Shown piece after piece: positions 40,826-51,480 of a stretch of 64,000 bases of DNA. Source of the DNA: an uncultured cyanobacterium (GTDB lineage: Bacteria > Cyanobacteriota > Cyanobacteriia > PCC-9006 > JAAUQQ01); NCBI GenBank assembly GCA_963718615.1, contig OY970368.1:1504001-1568000 (forward strand). Reading direction: 5' to 3'. Below the pieces are notes generated by a model, which was not told the DNA's origin, ran no database searches, and worked only from the letters and a program-made list of their open reading frames with translations. Position numbers and translations under genes: made by a program. How positions within the stretch are numbered: the stretch's first letter is position 1; the number at the start of each line of letters is the position of its first letter.

Positions 40826-42118
40826 ATGGCACTTGATAATCCGAATCACAACCACAGGTCTTCTGCTGCTGAGGAGCAATCCGTATTTTCAATGACCTCT
40901 GTCGCATCTCAATCTATGGGTAACTCTGGGTTTGGTATGGCCCATCACGACAGTGGTCATTCCACTGAATCGGGTGCTCAGCCAGCTGGCATAATGCCGA
41001 GCAGCATCGCCAAGATCAAAGTGATTGGTGTTGGAGGGGGCGGCAGCAATGCGGTCAATCGCATGATTGCCAGCGACGTCAGCGGCGTCGAATTTTGGGC
41101 GATTAATACAGATGCTCAGGCCCTAGTGGGGGCGGCTTCGCCCCAGCGTTTACAAATTGGCCAAAAGCTCACCCGTGGATTGGGGGCAGGGGGCAATCCT
41201 GCCATTGGCCATAAGGCGGCGGAAGAATCGCGAGATGAAATTGCCGCAGCCCTGGAGGGGGCCGATTTAGTTTTTATTACCGCAGGTATGGGCGGTGGGA
41301 CGGGTACGGGAGCTGCCCCCATTGTGGCGGAGGTGGCTAAGGAATTGGGGGCGTTGACCGTTGGGATTGTAACCCGACCTTTTATGTTTGAAGGGCGTCG
41401 CCGTACCTCCCAAGCCGATGAAGGGATTTCAGCGCTGCGAGGCAGTGTGGATACGCTGATTGTGATTCCCAATGACAAGTTGCTCACCGTTATTTCTGAC
41501 CAGACCCCGGTTCAAGAAGCGTTCCGTATGGCCGATGATGTCCTGCGCCAAGGGGTTCAGGGTATTTCGGACATCATCATCATTCCAGGGCTGGTGAACG
41601 TTGACTTTGCTGATGTGCGGGCGGTGATGGCCGATGCGGGGTCGGCGCTGATGGGTATTGGGGTGGGTTCTGGTAAGTCACGCGCGCGCGAGGCGGCGAC
41701 GGCGGCGATTTCCTCCCCCTTGCTTGAGTCTTCGATTGATGGAGCCAAGGGCGTTGTCTTCAACATTACCGGTGGCAATGATTTGACCCTTCACGAAGTC
41801 AATGCTGCCGCTGAGGCGATCTACGAGGTGGTTGATCCGGAGGCGAATATTATCTTTGGCGCGGTGATCGACGATCGCCTCCAGGGTGAAATTCGGATTA
41901 CGGTAATTGCCACGGGCTTTAGTACTGACAATAAGGTGGGTCGGATGGCTGCCCCCCGAGCGATCGCCGTTCCTCAACCGCCGCTATCCCCCCCGCCCAT
42001 CAGTTCGCCGCGACCTGCGGCAGCGCCACCCCCAGAACCGCAGCAGCCGCCCAATCGAGGCGGGGGAGGGGGCCTAGACATCCCTGAATTCCTCCAGCGT
42101 CGTCGTCCGAAGCCTTAA
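40826..42118 (+). CDS. ftsZ: Cell division protein FtsZ
   Basis: GGGTGTG signature, NVDFADV and the LDIPEFL tail. Confidence 0.99.
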   Translation: MALDNPNHNHRSSAAEEQSVFSMTSVASQSMGNSGFGMAHHDSGHSTESGAQPAGIMPSSIAKIKVIGVGGGGSNAVNRMIASDVSGVEFWAINTDAQALVGAASPQRLQIGQKLTRGLGAGGNPAIGHKAAEESRDEIAAALEGADLVFITAGMGGGTGTGAAPIVAEVAKELGALTVGIVTRPFMFEGRRRTSQADEGISALRGSVDTLIVIPNDKLLTVISDQTPVQEAFRMADDVLRQGVQGISDIIIIPGLVNVDFADVRAVMADAGSALMGIGVGSGKSRAREAATAAISSPLLESSIDGAKGVVFNITGGNDLTLHEVNAAAEAIYEVVDPEANIIFGAVIDDRLQGEIRITVIATGFSTDNKVGRMAAPRAIAVPQPPLSPPPISSPRPAAAPPPEPQQPPNRGGGGGLDIPEFLQRRRPKP

Positions 42119-42126
42119 GGGTTGGC

Positions 42127-42990
42127 ATGGTTTTATCTTCTTGTCCCCCCGTAGCGTTGACGATCGCGGGCTCAGATAGTGGTGGTGGTGCGGGCATTCA
42201 GGCCGATCTGCGCACCTTTGCATTTCATCGGGTCCATGGAACCAGCGCGCTCACCTGTGTGACCGCTCAAAATACCCTTGGTGTCAGCCGAGTGGATGCG
42301 CTTTTGCCAGAGGCTGTCCTTGCCCAGATCGAGGCGGTAGCGAATGATATTGGCTTTCAAGCCGTTAAAACAGGAATGTTGCTGAATGCCGCGATTATTG
42401 CGGCGGTGGCTGAACGCCTACGGCTGCTGGGGGTGACCCAGTTAGTCGTCGATCCGGTCATGGTGTCTCGCACGGGGGCGCAGCTCATTGATGATGGGGC
42501 GATCGCCCAGCTCCAGCAATCCATGATTCCCCAAGCGCTGATTTTGACGCCCAATCGTTACGAGGCGGAGAGGTTGAGCGGGGTGGCGATCGCAGATCTC
42601 GACACCATGGAAAAGGCCGCCCAAATCATTGAACAACTCGGACCCCGATATGTGCTGGTGAAAGGGGGTGCGCTAACCGGCAAGCTGCGGGGGGTGGATT
42701 TGTGGTGGGATGGGCAGAGGGCAACGGTGTTGGAAACGGAAACGGTGGAGACAACCCATACCCATGGAACGGGCTGTACGCTGTCGGCTGCGATCGCGGC
42801 CAACCTCGCCCTCGGCTATGAACCGGAGCAGGCTGCGCGGCTCGCCAAGGATTACGTCACCCAAGCCCTGCACCATGCGCTGCCCATTGGTCAAGGCCAA
42901 GGCCCGGTGGGGCATTTTTATCCATTGTTCCAGGGGGTGTTGTCCCAGGTGGATTCCCAGTCGGGGCAGCGATCGCCTTCACAGCCGTAG
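42127..42990 (+). CDS. thiD: Hydroxymethylpyrimidine/phosphomethylpyrimidine kinase
   Basis: TIAGSDSGGGAGIQAD, DPVM and HGTGCT motifs. Confidence 0.96.
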   Translation: MVLSSCPPVALTIAGSDSGGGAGIQADLRTFAFHRVHGTSALTCVTAQNTLGVSRVDALLPEAVLAQIEAVANDIGFQAVKTGMLLNAAIIAAVAERLRLLGVTQLVVDPVMVSRTGAQLIDDGAIAQLQQSMIPQALILTPNRYEAERLSGVAIADLDTMEKAAQIIEQLGPRYVLVKGGALTGKLRGVDLWWDGQRATVLETETVETTHTHGTGCTLSAAIAANLALGYEPEQAARLAKDYVTQALHHALPIGQGQGPVGHFYPLFQGVLSQVDSQSGQRSPSQP

Positions 42991-43376
42991 GGATGAACGG
43001 CGCAAACCAACATCGTTTCGTTATAGGTGCTGCCATTGTAGTTGCGACAGCCCACGCAAACGGGATGTTCATTGACGAGGGGCGTCAGGGTTTGATTGAC
43101 CGGACGCAAGGCCTCCTCTAACAAGGATTCCGCCTGGAACGGCAAATTTTCCAGCGATGCAGACCAGGTTTCGAGCTGTTCTTCGACCTGTTTGGCCCAA
43201 ACCGGCGGTACGGTTTCGCTGAGCTGGTCAAGCTGTTGGCTAATCTGATCGCTGAACTGCTCTAGGGCTTCGTCCGTGGCGTCCAGGGTTTGATCAACGA
43301 AAGTAATAATCTGTGTCTCGACGGTTGTCGCAAGGCGATCGAGCGTTTGGAGCGAGGTCGTGAGCCAGTCTTCCAT
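42918..43376 (-). CDS. Cyanobacterial hypothetical protein with Cys-rich C-terminus
   Basis: CVGCRNY...LVCAVHPYG...CPDWE; overlaps the thiD 3' end by 73 bp. Confidence 0.78.
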   Translation of the reverse strand: MEDWLTTSLQTLDRLATTVETQIITFVDQTLDATDEALEQFSDQISQQLDQLSETVPPVWAKQVEEQLETWSASLENLPFQAESLLEEALRPVNQTLTPLVNEHPVCVGCRNYNGSTYNETMLVCAVHPYGCEGDRCPDWESTWDNTPWNNG

Positions 43377-43428
43377 GGAGGGAGAGAGATGATTAGGGAC
43401 AGAAGGAGTTTTAAGGCTGAATCGCGGC

Positions 43429-43845
43429 CTAGGACTCCGATTGGCGAAGACGCTCAAGTTGCGCTTGCAGTTCGGCAACCTGTCGGCGGAGTTCTTCGGC
43501 TTGATGTTTGGCGGCGGCTTGCGGATCCGAGGCTTGGGGGATTTGAGCCGGTGCAGTAGCCGAACCCGAGGGCTCGTCTTCAACCTCAATGTCGATGGAA
43601 CGAGGCTTTGAGTCAGCCGCAGGCTGGGCTGCCACTGTGGTCGCCTGAGAGCGATTAATCAAATCATCAACCATGCGGCGGGCTTCCTCGGTGGTGAGTT
43701 CCCCCCGCTGTACCAGTTCATCCACAAGGGCCTGAGCCTGCCCTCGCAGGTCGCCCAAATTCTCGGCAGCTTTATCGCTGGCATAGGACGCAAGCCCGAC
43801 TCCCAGATATACTGCCTTTTGAAATAAATTTCCCAATCCTGCCAT
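43429..43845 (-). CDS. Phasin family protein
   Basis: QKAVYLGVGLASYA...LVQRGELTTEEARR. Confidence 0.82.
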   Translation of the reverse strand: MAGLGNLFQKAVYLGVGLASYASDKAAENLGDLRGQAQALVDELVQRGELTTEEARRMVDDLINRSQATTVAAQPAADSKPRSIDIEVEDEPSGSATAPAQIPQASDPQAAAKHQAEELRRQVAELQAQLERLRQSES

Positions 43846-43978
43846 GGTCACGCCACTCCTGAGGCAACGCTTTCTGTTTCAGAATAGCCCGTCAATTGAA
43901 GGATGGGGAGAAGAGGTTTCCAGACCTGGTGAAGCGTGTTTGGCCGGGTTTCCCCACAGTTAACTCCCCTAAAAAGCA

Positions 43979-44078
43979 GGAGACCCGGAGTCTACGCCTA
44001 CCCCAAGCATCCCGTATTGCTGCTACCTTCCGGTCCTGACAAGATTTGGGCGTTGTGATCGCATAGGTCCGAGTCACC
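43979..44078 (-). ncRNA. ffs: Signal recognition particle (4.5S) RNA
   Basis: Conserved GTCAGGACCGGAAGGTAGCAGC helix 8; paired ends GGTGACTCGGA/TCCGGGTCTCC; -10 TATGCT at 44087-44082. Confidence 0.96.
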
Positions 44079-44259
44079 TTTAGCATACCATCTTGGCGTC
44101 CGGTTAGGCGAAGTCCCTGGGATTTTGGGATTCTTCCTAGAATTTTCGGGGTCCGATTGTCCGATTTGACAAATTTCGACACGAGTGGTTTTATTCTTGA
44201 CCCAGTGGCACAACCCGTGGTAACCAGTGGCAAAACCTGATGATGGGGAGATCTGTGGG

Positions 44260-45423
44260 ATGAAACGACCAAGGCAAGGGAGATCGAAGCAATGTAGCCG
44301 TCACAAGGGACTACAGGCGCTACAGGCGCTACAGGGACCGCAGAGGCCGATCGTTGTGCCGCTGGTGCTGGGACTTTGGGGGACGATGGCGATTGGTGTT
44401 TGTGGTTATTCGGGGGGAGCATTCGCCCAAACCCCCTCCCTCACGACATCGAGCGATCGCAACGTGGTGTATCCCCTTGATGCTCCCCCGCCCGGTCAGG
44501 ACCCGCTGCCCAGCGAACGTCCTCTCAATGCAGGGACGGGGCTAGATACCGATTATCGGGTGCCGGTTTTGCAACAGGACTACAAGGGTGGGCTCTGGGT
44601 AGGCTCCTGGCAGGGTTTAGCTCGGATTGACCCCAATACGGGTCGCATTCTTTCGCGGGTGGGACTGCCCAATACGGTGATTGGGGCGATCGCCGAGGAT
44701 AAGGTCGGACGCATCTGGGTGGGCACAAGCGATGGTCTCAAACGGATCGACCCCCGCAGTAGCGAAATCACGGCGGAGAATTTTACGCTGCCGTCTAATC
44801 GGGTGCGGGCACTGCTGATCGATACCCGAGGGTATTTGTGGGCAGGGGGCGATCGCGGTCTTGCGTTGATCAGCCCAGACCAGGGATTGATGATGACAAC
44901 GTTGCAAAAACTACCCGGAATCAGCGCCAATGCTATGACGTTGGATCGCAATGGCGATCTGTGGGTGGGGACACTGGAGGGGCTGGCCAAGATTGAAACC
45001 GCCAGTGCCTTTGTCAAACAGCGGATGCTGGATCTGCCGGGTCAAACGGTGACAGCCTTAGTGACGGACCGCTTTGGCACCCTCTGGGCTGGAACCCCGG
45101 AAGGTTTGCTGGTGATTGACCCCAATAAGAATTTGGTGACGCGCTCCGTGACACCGATGCGAGGCCGCAATGTCACGGCTCTGAGCTTTGATCAGGACGG
45201 GGGGCTCTGGGTGGGAACCAGTCGAGGGCTCTTCCGGATTAATCCCTACAACGGCGCAATCATTGACGAAATCTATTCCCTCCCCTCCAGCCGTATCCTG
45301 AGCCTCTCACCCGACACGGGGAATAAGCTTTGGGTGGGCACCAGCGAAGGGCTAGCCTGGGTCCGAACCGATTTGGGCAGTCGTGCGGAAGCTCACAGTA
45401 CGTTTAGCCGCGTCTTCGACTAG
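44260..45423 (+). CDS. Exported beta-propeller (two-component regulator propeller-like) protein
   Basis: Seven LWVGT..GL repeats; N-terminal hydrophobic segment. Confidence 0.85.
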   Translation: MKRPRQGRSKQCSRHKGLQALQALQGPQRPIVVPLVLGLWGTMAIGVCGYSGGAFAQTPSLTTSSDRNVVYPLDAPPPGQDPLPSERPLNAGTGLDTDYRVPVLQQDYKGGLWVGSWQGLARIDPNTGRILSRVGLPNTVIGAIAEDKVGRIWVGTSDGLKRIDPRSSEITAENFTLPSNRVRALLIDTRGYLWAGGDRGLALISPDQGLMMTTLQKLPGISANAMTLDRNGDLWVGTLEGLAKIETASAFVKQRMLDLPGQTVTALVTDRFGTLWAGTPEGLLVIDPNKNLVTRSVTPMRGRNVTALSFDQDGGLWVGTSRGLFRINPYNGAIIDEIYSLPSSRILSLSPDTGNKLWVGTSEGLAWVRTDLGSRAEAHSTFSRVFD

Positions 45424-45453
45424 GATAGGGGCGTCTAGTGCGGAGTCCTTCCT

Positions 45454-46230
45454 ATGGCCGTCTCGGTTCAAAAGCTGCTGCAATATAAGCCCCAAGGCAA
45501 ATCCATCACAATGCTGACCGCCTGGGACTATACCAGTGCGATGATGGTGGACCAGGCGGGGGTCGATATTGTCCTAGCGGGGGACTCCATGGCGATGGCG
45601 ACCTTGGGACACACCACGACGCTACCGCTGACGCTGGAGGAGATGCTTTACCACACGCGCTCGGTGCGGCGGGGTCTGAAGCAGGCGCTGCTAGTTTGTG
45701 ACTTGCCGTTTTTGAGCTATCAAGAAAGCATTCCCCAAGCCATTCGCAATGCCGGACGGGCTTTAAAGGAAGCCGGTGCCCAGGCGGTCAAGCTGGAAGG
45801 GGGCTATCCGACCCTGGTAGAGACTGTGCAACGGCTGGTGGAGGTGGGTATTCCGGTGATGGGTCATATTGGTCTGACGCCCCAGTCGATTCATCAGATG
45901 GGGTTACGGCAACAGGGCCAGGAAGAGGCGGCTCAGGAAAAACTGATTGAGCAGGCGATCGCCCTAGAGCAAGCGGGCGTATTTGCCATCGTTCTAGAAC
46001 ATATCCCCACGGACTTGGCCTTGCGCATTACGCAAAAACTACTCATCCCCACCATTGGCATTGGGGCTGGTCCCTACTGTGATGGTCAGGTGTTGGTTAC
46101 CGCTGATCTCTGGGGCCTAACCGAACGGCAACCGCCCTTTGCGAAGGTCTATGTCAATTTGCGCGAAGCAGCGGTGAAGGCGGCTCAAGCCTTTTGTGAG
46201 GATGTGCGTCAACATCGGTTTGAGGTTTAG
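45454..46230 (+). CDS. panB: 3-methyl-2-oxobutanoate hydroxymethyltransferase
   Basis: [20 protein letters not shown] and IGIGAG motifs. Confidence 0.96.
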   Translation: MAVSVQKLLQYKPQGKSITMLTAWDYTSAMMVDQAGVDIVLAGDSMAMATLGHTTTLPLTLEEMLYHTRSVRRGLKQALLVCDLPFLSYQESIPQAIRNAGRALKEAGAQAVKLEGGYPTLVETVQRLVEVGIPVMGHIGLTPQSIHQMGLRQQGQEEAAQEKLIEQAIALEQAGVFAIVLEHIPTDLALRITQKLLIPTIGIGAGPYCDGQVLVTADLWGLTERQPPFAKVYVNLREAAVKAAQAFCEDVRQHRFEV

Positions 46231-46257
46231 GATTGAAATTTAGCGTCCATAAACCTA

Positions 46258-46935
46258 ATGTGCGGTCGATATACGCAAACCCAGACTGGAGAGGCGATCG
46301 CCCAAGCCTTCGATCTCCCCGAAACCCCGCAACTAGAACTACGCTACAACATTGCCCCAAGCCAATCCGTCGCGGTGATTGGTCGTCCCAACGCGAATAG
46401 TCCTCGGCAACTCAAATATTTGCGCTGGGGTTTGATTCCAATCTGGGCAAAAGACCCCAGTATTGGCAGCCGTTTGATCAATGCCCGTGCCGAAACCGCT
46501 GCCGAGAAACCATCGTTCCGCGCGGCCTTTCGCCGTCGTCGCTGTTTGCTTGTTGCGGATGGCTTCTATGAGTGGCATCGACAACTGAGTGGAAATAAGC
46601 AGCCCTATTATTGTCGGCTACGCCAGGGAGAGCCCTTTGGCTTTGCGGGGCTCTGGGAGCAGTGGCAATCGCCGCAAGGCGAGATTTTGCGCACCTGCAC
46701 GATCTTGACCACCCGAGCCAACGCGACGCTCAAACCGCTGCACGATCGCATGCCGGTGATTCTGCGTCCTCAAGACTATGACGTATGGCTAAACCCCGAA
46801 GAAGTCGAAAACGATGCGCTTCAGTCGCTGCTACAACCCTACGACGATCAGGCTCTAATCGCCTATCCGGTGAGCACCCGAGTAAACCGGGCGAGTTACG
46901 ACTCTGTGGACTGTTTGGAGCCGTTGGAAACTTAG
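46258..46935 (+). CDS. SOS response-associated peptidase (SRAP/YedK family)
   Basis: MCGRY, INARAET, GFYEW and HDRMPVIL motifs. Confidence 0.95.
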   Translation: MCGRYTQTQTGEAIAQAFDLPETPQLELRYNIAPSQSVAVIGRPNANSPRQLKYLRWGLIPIWAKDPSIGSRLINARAETAAEKPSFRAAFRRRRCLLVADGFYEWHRQLSGNKQPYYCRLRQGEPFGFAGLWEQWQSPQGEILRTCTILTTRANATLKPLHDRMPVILRPQDYDVWLNPEEVENDALQSLLQPYDDQALIAYPVSTRVNRASYDSVDCLEPLET

Positions 46936-46970
46936 AGGGTTTGTTGTTTCGGTCACAGCACCATGGCTGG

Positions 46971-48329
46971 TTACGATTGCCCCACGATCGCTTCCACGGC
47001 CTCAATCGCTGTGGGTAAGGCTGCGGTTAACACTTCTGCGTGGGCCTCCGTCACCAAGACATCATCCTCAATCCGAATGCCGCGCACATCGCTGAACTGT
47101 GCCAACCGTTCCCAATCCACAGCGTCCTGATACTTTGCCCGAAACTCGGGATTTTCTAGAATGGCAGGGACTTGATAAAAACCGGGTTCAATGGTCACCA
47201 CCATTCCCGGCTGAAGCGGACGATCGAGGCGAAGATACCCGAGACCAAAGCGATCGCTCCGACGCCGTCCCGGTCCATACCCCGCTAAATCCCCCAAATC
47301 CTCCATATCATGCACATCCAACCCCAGCAAATGCCCCACCCCATGGGGAAAAAACAAGGCATGGGCATCCTGCTCCACCAAATCTTGCGGGTGCCCCTTC
47401 AAAATTCCAAGATCCACCAACCCTTCGGCCAAGACTCGACAGGCCAACAAATGCACATCCCGGTATTCCACCCCCGGCTTGACCGCCTGGATACAAAGAT
47501 CGTGGGCCGCTAGGACCACCTCATACAAATCCCGCTGGGTCGCCGAGAATCGCCCCGACACGGGCCAAGTGCGGGTAATATCCGATGCCCAGCCCAAGGC
47601 CGACTCCGCCCCCACATCCGCCAAGAGCAAATCCTGATGGGTTAAGGGATGAGAATAAACCTCATTGTGCAAGACCTCACCGTGAACCGTGACGATACTG
47701 TTGTAGGCACAGCTCATATTAGCCCCCAGAATCACCGCTTCCATGGCGGCCCGGACTTGGGCTTCGGTTTGGGCGAGGTGAGTGGCCGCCATCCCCGCCT
47801 CGTGGGCAATAACCGAGACCGTGGCAGCTTTACGGATTTCGGTGAGCGCGAACGCATCGTGACAGAGGCGCAGTTGGACGAGGGCGATCGCCAAATCCCC
47901 AGCGCGTCCTTTCCCCTGGCCCTCTCCTTGAGTTTTTCCCTGGAGCATTGCGGCTCCAGTGCTGTGCTGCTCCCAATCCGCCAAGGGAAAGGCTGCAACG
48001 GCTCCGATCGCCTCAGCCCATTCCTCTCGATTAGGCGTTGGTCCATGCCACAGTGCCGCACTGGGCGGCGGGTTATCAACAAACAACGTCAGCTTGCCCC
48101 CCTCCAGTTTGATCACCGCATCGGGGAATGGCAACCCTGCGAAGTAGAGAAAATGGCTATTGGCCCGGAAGAAATACTGATTGGCAGGAAAATTGCGCGG
48201 CACCGTCGAACCCGATCTGAGGAGCACTGGTCCATCGATGAGGTCGGCCAGACGCTGGCGGCGATCGCCCAAAACGGTCTGATACAGAGTTTGAAATTCA
48301 GCGGGAAACGCAGTCAACATGGTACTCAT
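46971..48329 (-). CDS. pepP: Xaa-Pro aminopeptidase
   Basis: DVGAE...SDITRTWP, HGVGHLLGLDVHD, TIEPG and GIRIEDD motifs. Confidence 0.92.
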   Translation of the reverse strand: MSTMLTAFPAEFQTLYQTVLGDRRQRLADLIDGPVLLRSGSTVPRNFPANQYFFRANSHFLYFAGLPFPDAVIKLEGGKLTLFVDNPPPSAALWHGPTPNREEWAEAIGAVAAFPLADWEQHSTGAAMLQGKTQGEGQGKGRAGDLAIALVQLRLCHDAFALTEIRKAATVSVIAHEAGMAATHLAQTEAQVRAAMEAVILGANMSCAYNSIVTVHGEVLHNEVYSHPLTHQDLLLADVGAESALGWASDITRTWPVSGRFSATQRDLYEVVLAAHDLCIQAVKPGVEYRDVHLLACRVLAEGLVDLGILKGHPQDLVEQDAHALFFPHGVGHLLGLDVHDMEDLGDLAGYGPGRRRSDRFGLGYLRLDRPLQPGMVVTIEPGFYQVPAILENPEFRAKYQDAVDWERLAQFSDVRGIRIEDDVLVTEAHAEVLTAALPTAIEAVEAIVGQS

Positions 48330-48421
48330 CCTCTAGGACGGGGCAGTGGGAAAGGCCCAAGTCCAAGGGAGATGAGTCAATCCTGGTTCTTTTGGGATTG
48401 TAATCGAGCGACCGCCCTTTC

Positions 48422-48543
48422 TTACAAAACGTCAATGGCGTTGCCGACGTAGGGTTCATTTTGGTTTTGTTCGATCCATTGGGTGAGGACGGGGAGGACG
48501 TTGGGGGATTTTTGCCGAGTTGGATGAGGGATTGGGCGGCGCG
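48422..48543 (-). pseudogene. Orphan degenerate copy of the NACHT-HEAT gene 3' end
   Basis: Aligns by eye with 52755-52870; reads RAAQSLIQLGK/SPNVLPVLTQWIEQNQNEPYVGNAIDVL* with a 1-bp deletion. Confidence 0.85.
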
Positions 48544-48596
48544 ATCGCTAACTCAACATGAAGCTGACAATTTGTTGAGGGTGAAGGAAGAATCTA

Positions 48597-48957
48597 TCAA
48601 TAATTCCATTGATTTAAAACAATAAACTTGTTCTCTAGGAATAGATTTGCATCGATAAGGTTGGCAATAGAATTCACAATATTTTGATAGCTCATATTTT
48701 TGCTCGGGTCAGCATTTTGGTAGACGGCAAGAATCCCTGGGTGCGATGAATTGGCTTGATGAAGTTCTTGAAAGTCACTGCAATTTCGAGTTAGGAGGAC
48801 TCGTTGATTCTGACGGGCAAAAGCAAGTATCTGGTCGTCCGGTGAGCTAGCGATCGCCCCATCGTTCACCGTCATAACATCGTGACCTGCCGCTTGAAGC
48901 ATTTTGACAAGAGACTTGGCCTTGGGAGTCTTCATCCAGCAGTAGCGATAGGCTCAA
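48597..48957 (-). pseudogene. DUF5615 (PIN-like) toxin, frameshifted
   Basis: TTG start gives MSLSLLLDEDSQ; an extra G in CAA-G-GCC-AAG separates it from AKSLVKMLQAAGHDV...SSPDDQIL...LLTRNCSDF...HPGIL. Confidence 0.8.
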
Positions 48958-49174
48958 GGGAGACTCCTTGCTCTTGCAGTCGTTGTTTTTCTTCTTGGGT
49001 TTCGAGTTTGAGGAGAGCTTGGTGGGTTTCGCAGTATTGAATGATTTCTTGGATGGCGGCGATCGGCAGGTCCCAGTTTTCGGCGGCTTCTTCTGGGGAC
49101 TGAGGTGGACCCAATCGACTGAACAGATTTAACAGGAGACTAAGCTCTGAATTCTCCCCGGATTGGACCTCTAT

Positions 49175-50038
49175 TCAGCGACTGCTCTCAGCTGCACCGT
49201 CAAAGTAAATCTCATCCGGTGTTTTGTAATCCAACGACTGATGCAATCTCAACTGATTATACCAGCTAAACCATTTCTTCACCTCCTGATTTAAGTGATT
49301 CCCATCCTCAAAACTCTTCAGATAAATCAGCTCGTACTTCAGCGATCGCCACAGCCTTTCAATGAAGATGTTGTCATGACACCTTCCCCGTCCATCCATG
49401 CTCACCTGGGCTCCGGCTGTTCTCAACCTCTCGGTAAACACCTTCGCCGTGAACTGAGACCCCTGATCTGAATTGAAGATATCAGGACATCCATATTCCT
49501 CCAACGCTTCCTCCAATGCATCCAAACAGAACTGCACATCCATCGTGTTCGAGATTCGCCAGCTCAGCACCTTACGGCTGTACCAGTCCATAATCGCCAC
49601 CAGATAGAAATGCCCCTTCAGCACCGGCAGATAGGTGATGTCCGTGCTCCAGACCTGGTTTACCTTATCAATCGCCACACCCCTCAGCAGATAGGGATAT
49701 ATCTTGTGCTCCGGGTTTGCCACAGTCAGCTTCGGCTTCGGATACAGCGTTTGTAGACCCAGCTTTCGCATCAACCGCTGCACTCGCTTGCGATTCACAT
49801 CATGACCCTCTCTCTTCAACTGAGCCGTCATCCGACGAGAGCCATAGAACGGCATCTCCAGATACAGCTCATCCAAGCGACGCAGCAGTTCTAGCTCAGA
49901 GTCACTCACTGCTTTGGCACGGTAGTACAAGCTCGAACGGCTGATGCCCAGTAGCTGACATTGACGCACCAGGCTCAACTCCTCGTGCTCTCGCTCTACC
50001 AGGGCTTTTCGCTGCTCAACCCCAGTTTGGCTGAGCAC
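49175..50038 (-). CDS. IS3 transposase OrfB (DDE)
   Basis: WSTDITY, NSDQGSQF and IERLWRSLKYE motifs. Confidence 0.95.
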   Translation of the reverse strand: MLSQTGVEQRKALVEREHEELSLVRQCQLLGISRSSLYYRAKAVSDSELELLRRLDELYLEMPFYGSRRMTAQLKREGHDVNRKRVQRLMRKLGLQTLYPKPKLTVANPEHKIYPYLLRGVAIDKVNQVWSTDITYLPVLKGHFYLVAIMDWYSRKVLSWRISNTMDVQFCLDALEEALEEYGCPDIFNSDQGSQFTAKVFTERLRTAGAQVSMDGRGRCHDNIFIERLWRSLKYELIYLKSFEDGNHLNQEVKKWFSWYNQLRLHQSLDYKTPDEIYFDGAAESSR

Positions 50039-50319
50039 TCCGCTAAAAAATCCCGTTCCACCTTCAGCTTGCCGATTTGCCGATACAGCTCGTTGATTTC
50101 TGCCTGTTTATTCGCTTCCTCCTTTCCTCTATCAGATGTCTGGCCTGAATCAAAGACGCTGCTTGCCCCTTCCAAGAGCTGCCTCTTCCACTGATGGATC
50201 AGCGTTGGATGCACATTGTGTTGGCTCGCCAGTTCCGGCACCGTCTTTGCCCCTTGCAAGGCTTCCAAGGCGATTCTCGATTTGAACTGGGCGCTGTACT
50301 GTCGGCGTTTCTTGCTCAT
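49996..50319 (-). CDS. IS3 transposase OrfA (HTH)
   Basis: RRQYSAQFKSRIAL...HQWK...LKVERDFL. Confidence 0.93.
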   Translation of the reverse strand: MSKKRRQYSAQFKSRIALEALQGAKTVPELASQHNVHPTLIHQWKRQLLEGASSVFDSGQTSDRGKEEANKQAEINELYRQIGKLKVERDFLAECSAKLGLSSEKPW

Positions 50320-50716
50320 CTTCTACTCCTATCATTTTTCGTGGAGTTTCAGAGCTTAACCCCCTGTCCAGTTTTTGGGGTCCACTATAGACATTTGGTT
50401 GGTGAGCAGGTCTTGCCAGAGGGTGAAGGCCGTTAGTTTTCGGCCTTTGATGTAGAGCTGTCGTCGCCAGGGGTGGGGACGGGCGACGAGGAAGGTCCAA
50501 GATTCGGCAGGTGAGGGGTTGGAGTCGGCGCTAAGTTCAGCGGTGAGCAGGCGGACTAGCTCCCGCTTGTCGGAGGTGGAGAGTTGCTGAACGGCGGGGA
50601 GGAGTTCGGAGAGTGTCATGGGGTGTATGCCTTATCCTGCCGCCAGTTTATCGCGTTCCCTGGGCAAGCCGCTTTTGGTTATGATGGAGTAGAGAGCTTC
50701 TGTGAGGTTGCCACCT

Positions 50717-51004
50717 GTGAGCCCATTGGTTGAGCAAATTGTCCAACGCCTTGAACTTTTGCCTGAGAGAATCCTAGAGCAGGTGCTGGAAATTGTGAGG
50801 TTTCTGGAGATTTCTGCATTGCCTCACGCAGTAGATACGGCATCTCAACAGCAGCAAGAGCCAGATGTCGATCGCTTAACCAAATTGAAAAAGTCTGGCA
50901 GCGTATGGATTGTAAGGGCAAGCAGCTCTCCAACAGAAATTAACTGGGATGATTGTATTCTTGATGCTCGCCAGGAACGAATTGAGAAGTTCATGCAATG
51001 GTAG
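50717..51004 (+). CDS. Putative antitoxin (DUF2281-like) upstream of the PIN toxin
   Basis: LELLPERILEQVLEIVRFL...RQERI; stop overlaps the start of the PIN gene. Confidence 0.7.
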   Translation: MSPLVEQIVQRLELLPERILEQVLEIVRFLEISALPHAVDTASQQQQEPDVDRLTKLKKSGSVWIVRASSSPTEINWDDCILDARQERIEKFMQW

Positions 51005-51156
51005 ACCAGGTTCTGTTTGATACTTCTTCTTTGGTGCCATCTCTTTTGGAAGAGCATCCCTTTCACCAGGCATGTCTGCCATGGTTTATAGTGGACCCCA
51101 AAAACTGGACAGGGGGTTAAGCTCTGAAACTCCACGAAAAATGATAGGAGTAGAAG

Positions 51157-51480
51157 ATGAGCAAGAAACGCCGACAGTACAGCGCCCAGTTCAAATCGAG
51201 AATCGCCTTGGAAGCCTTGCAAGGGGCAAAGACGGTGCCGGAACTGGCGAGCCAACACAATGTGCATCCAACGCTGATCCATCAGTGGAAGAGGCAGCTC
51301 TTGGAAGGGGCAAGCAGCGTCTTTGATTCAGGCCAGACATCTGATAGAGGAAAGGAGGAAGCGAATAAACAGGCAGAAATCAACGAGCTGTATCGGCAAA
51401 TCGGCAAGCTGAAGGTGGAACGGGATTTTTTAGCGGAGTGCTCAGCCAAACTGGGGTTGAGCAGCGAAAAGCCCTGGTAG
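51157..51480 (+). CDS. IS3 transposase OrfA
   Basis: Identical protein to copy 1. Confidence 0.93.
   Translation: MSKKRRQYSAQFKSRIALEALQGAKTVPELASQHNVHPTLIHQWKRQLLEGASSVFDSGQTSDRGKEEANKQAEINELYRQIGKLKVERDFLAECSAKLGLSSEKPW
51426..51463 (+). other. Putative -1 ribosomal frameshift signal
   Basis: T TTT TTA heptamer, 6-nt spacer, hairpin TGCTCAGCC/GGTTGAGCA; orfB lies in the -1 frame with no intervening stop. Confidence 0.7.

Larger units (their letters stand above)
49101..50389 (-). mobile_element. IS3-family insertion sequence, copy 1 (1289 bp, TSD GAC)
   Basis: Ends TATAGTGGACCC.../...GGGTCCACCTCA; orfA/orfB; GAC on both flanks. Confidence 0.96.
48932..50619 (-). pseudogene. DUF433-like antitoxin interrupted by IS3 copy 1
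   Basis: ...RPHPWRRQLYIKGRKL...NQMS | PEEAAENWDLPIAAIQEIIQYC rejoins in frame after removing the IS and one GAC. Confidence 0.85.

Noticed and set aside
42918-42990. 73-bp convergent overlap of thiD and the neighbouring gene
   Set aside because: The thiD tail past the GHF motif looks like a neutral extension.
43892-44422. 176-aa minus-strand ORF
   Set aside because: Overlaps the SRP RNA and the propeller gene; no protein features.
48597-48935. 112-aa ORF MKTPKAK... as an intact toxin
   Set aside because: The catalytic N-terminus lies in another frame; it is a frameshift product.
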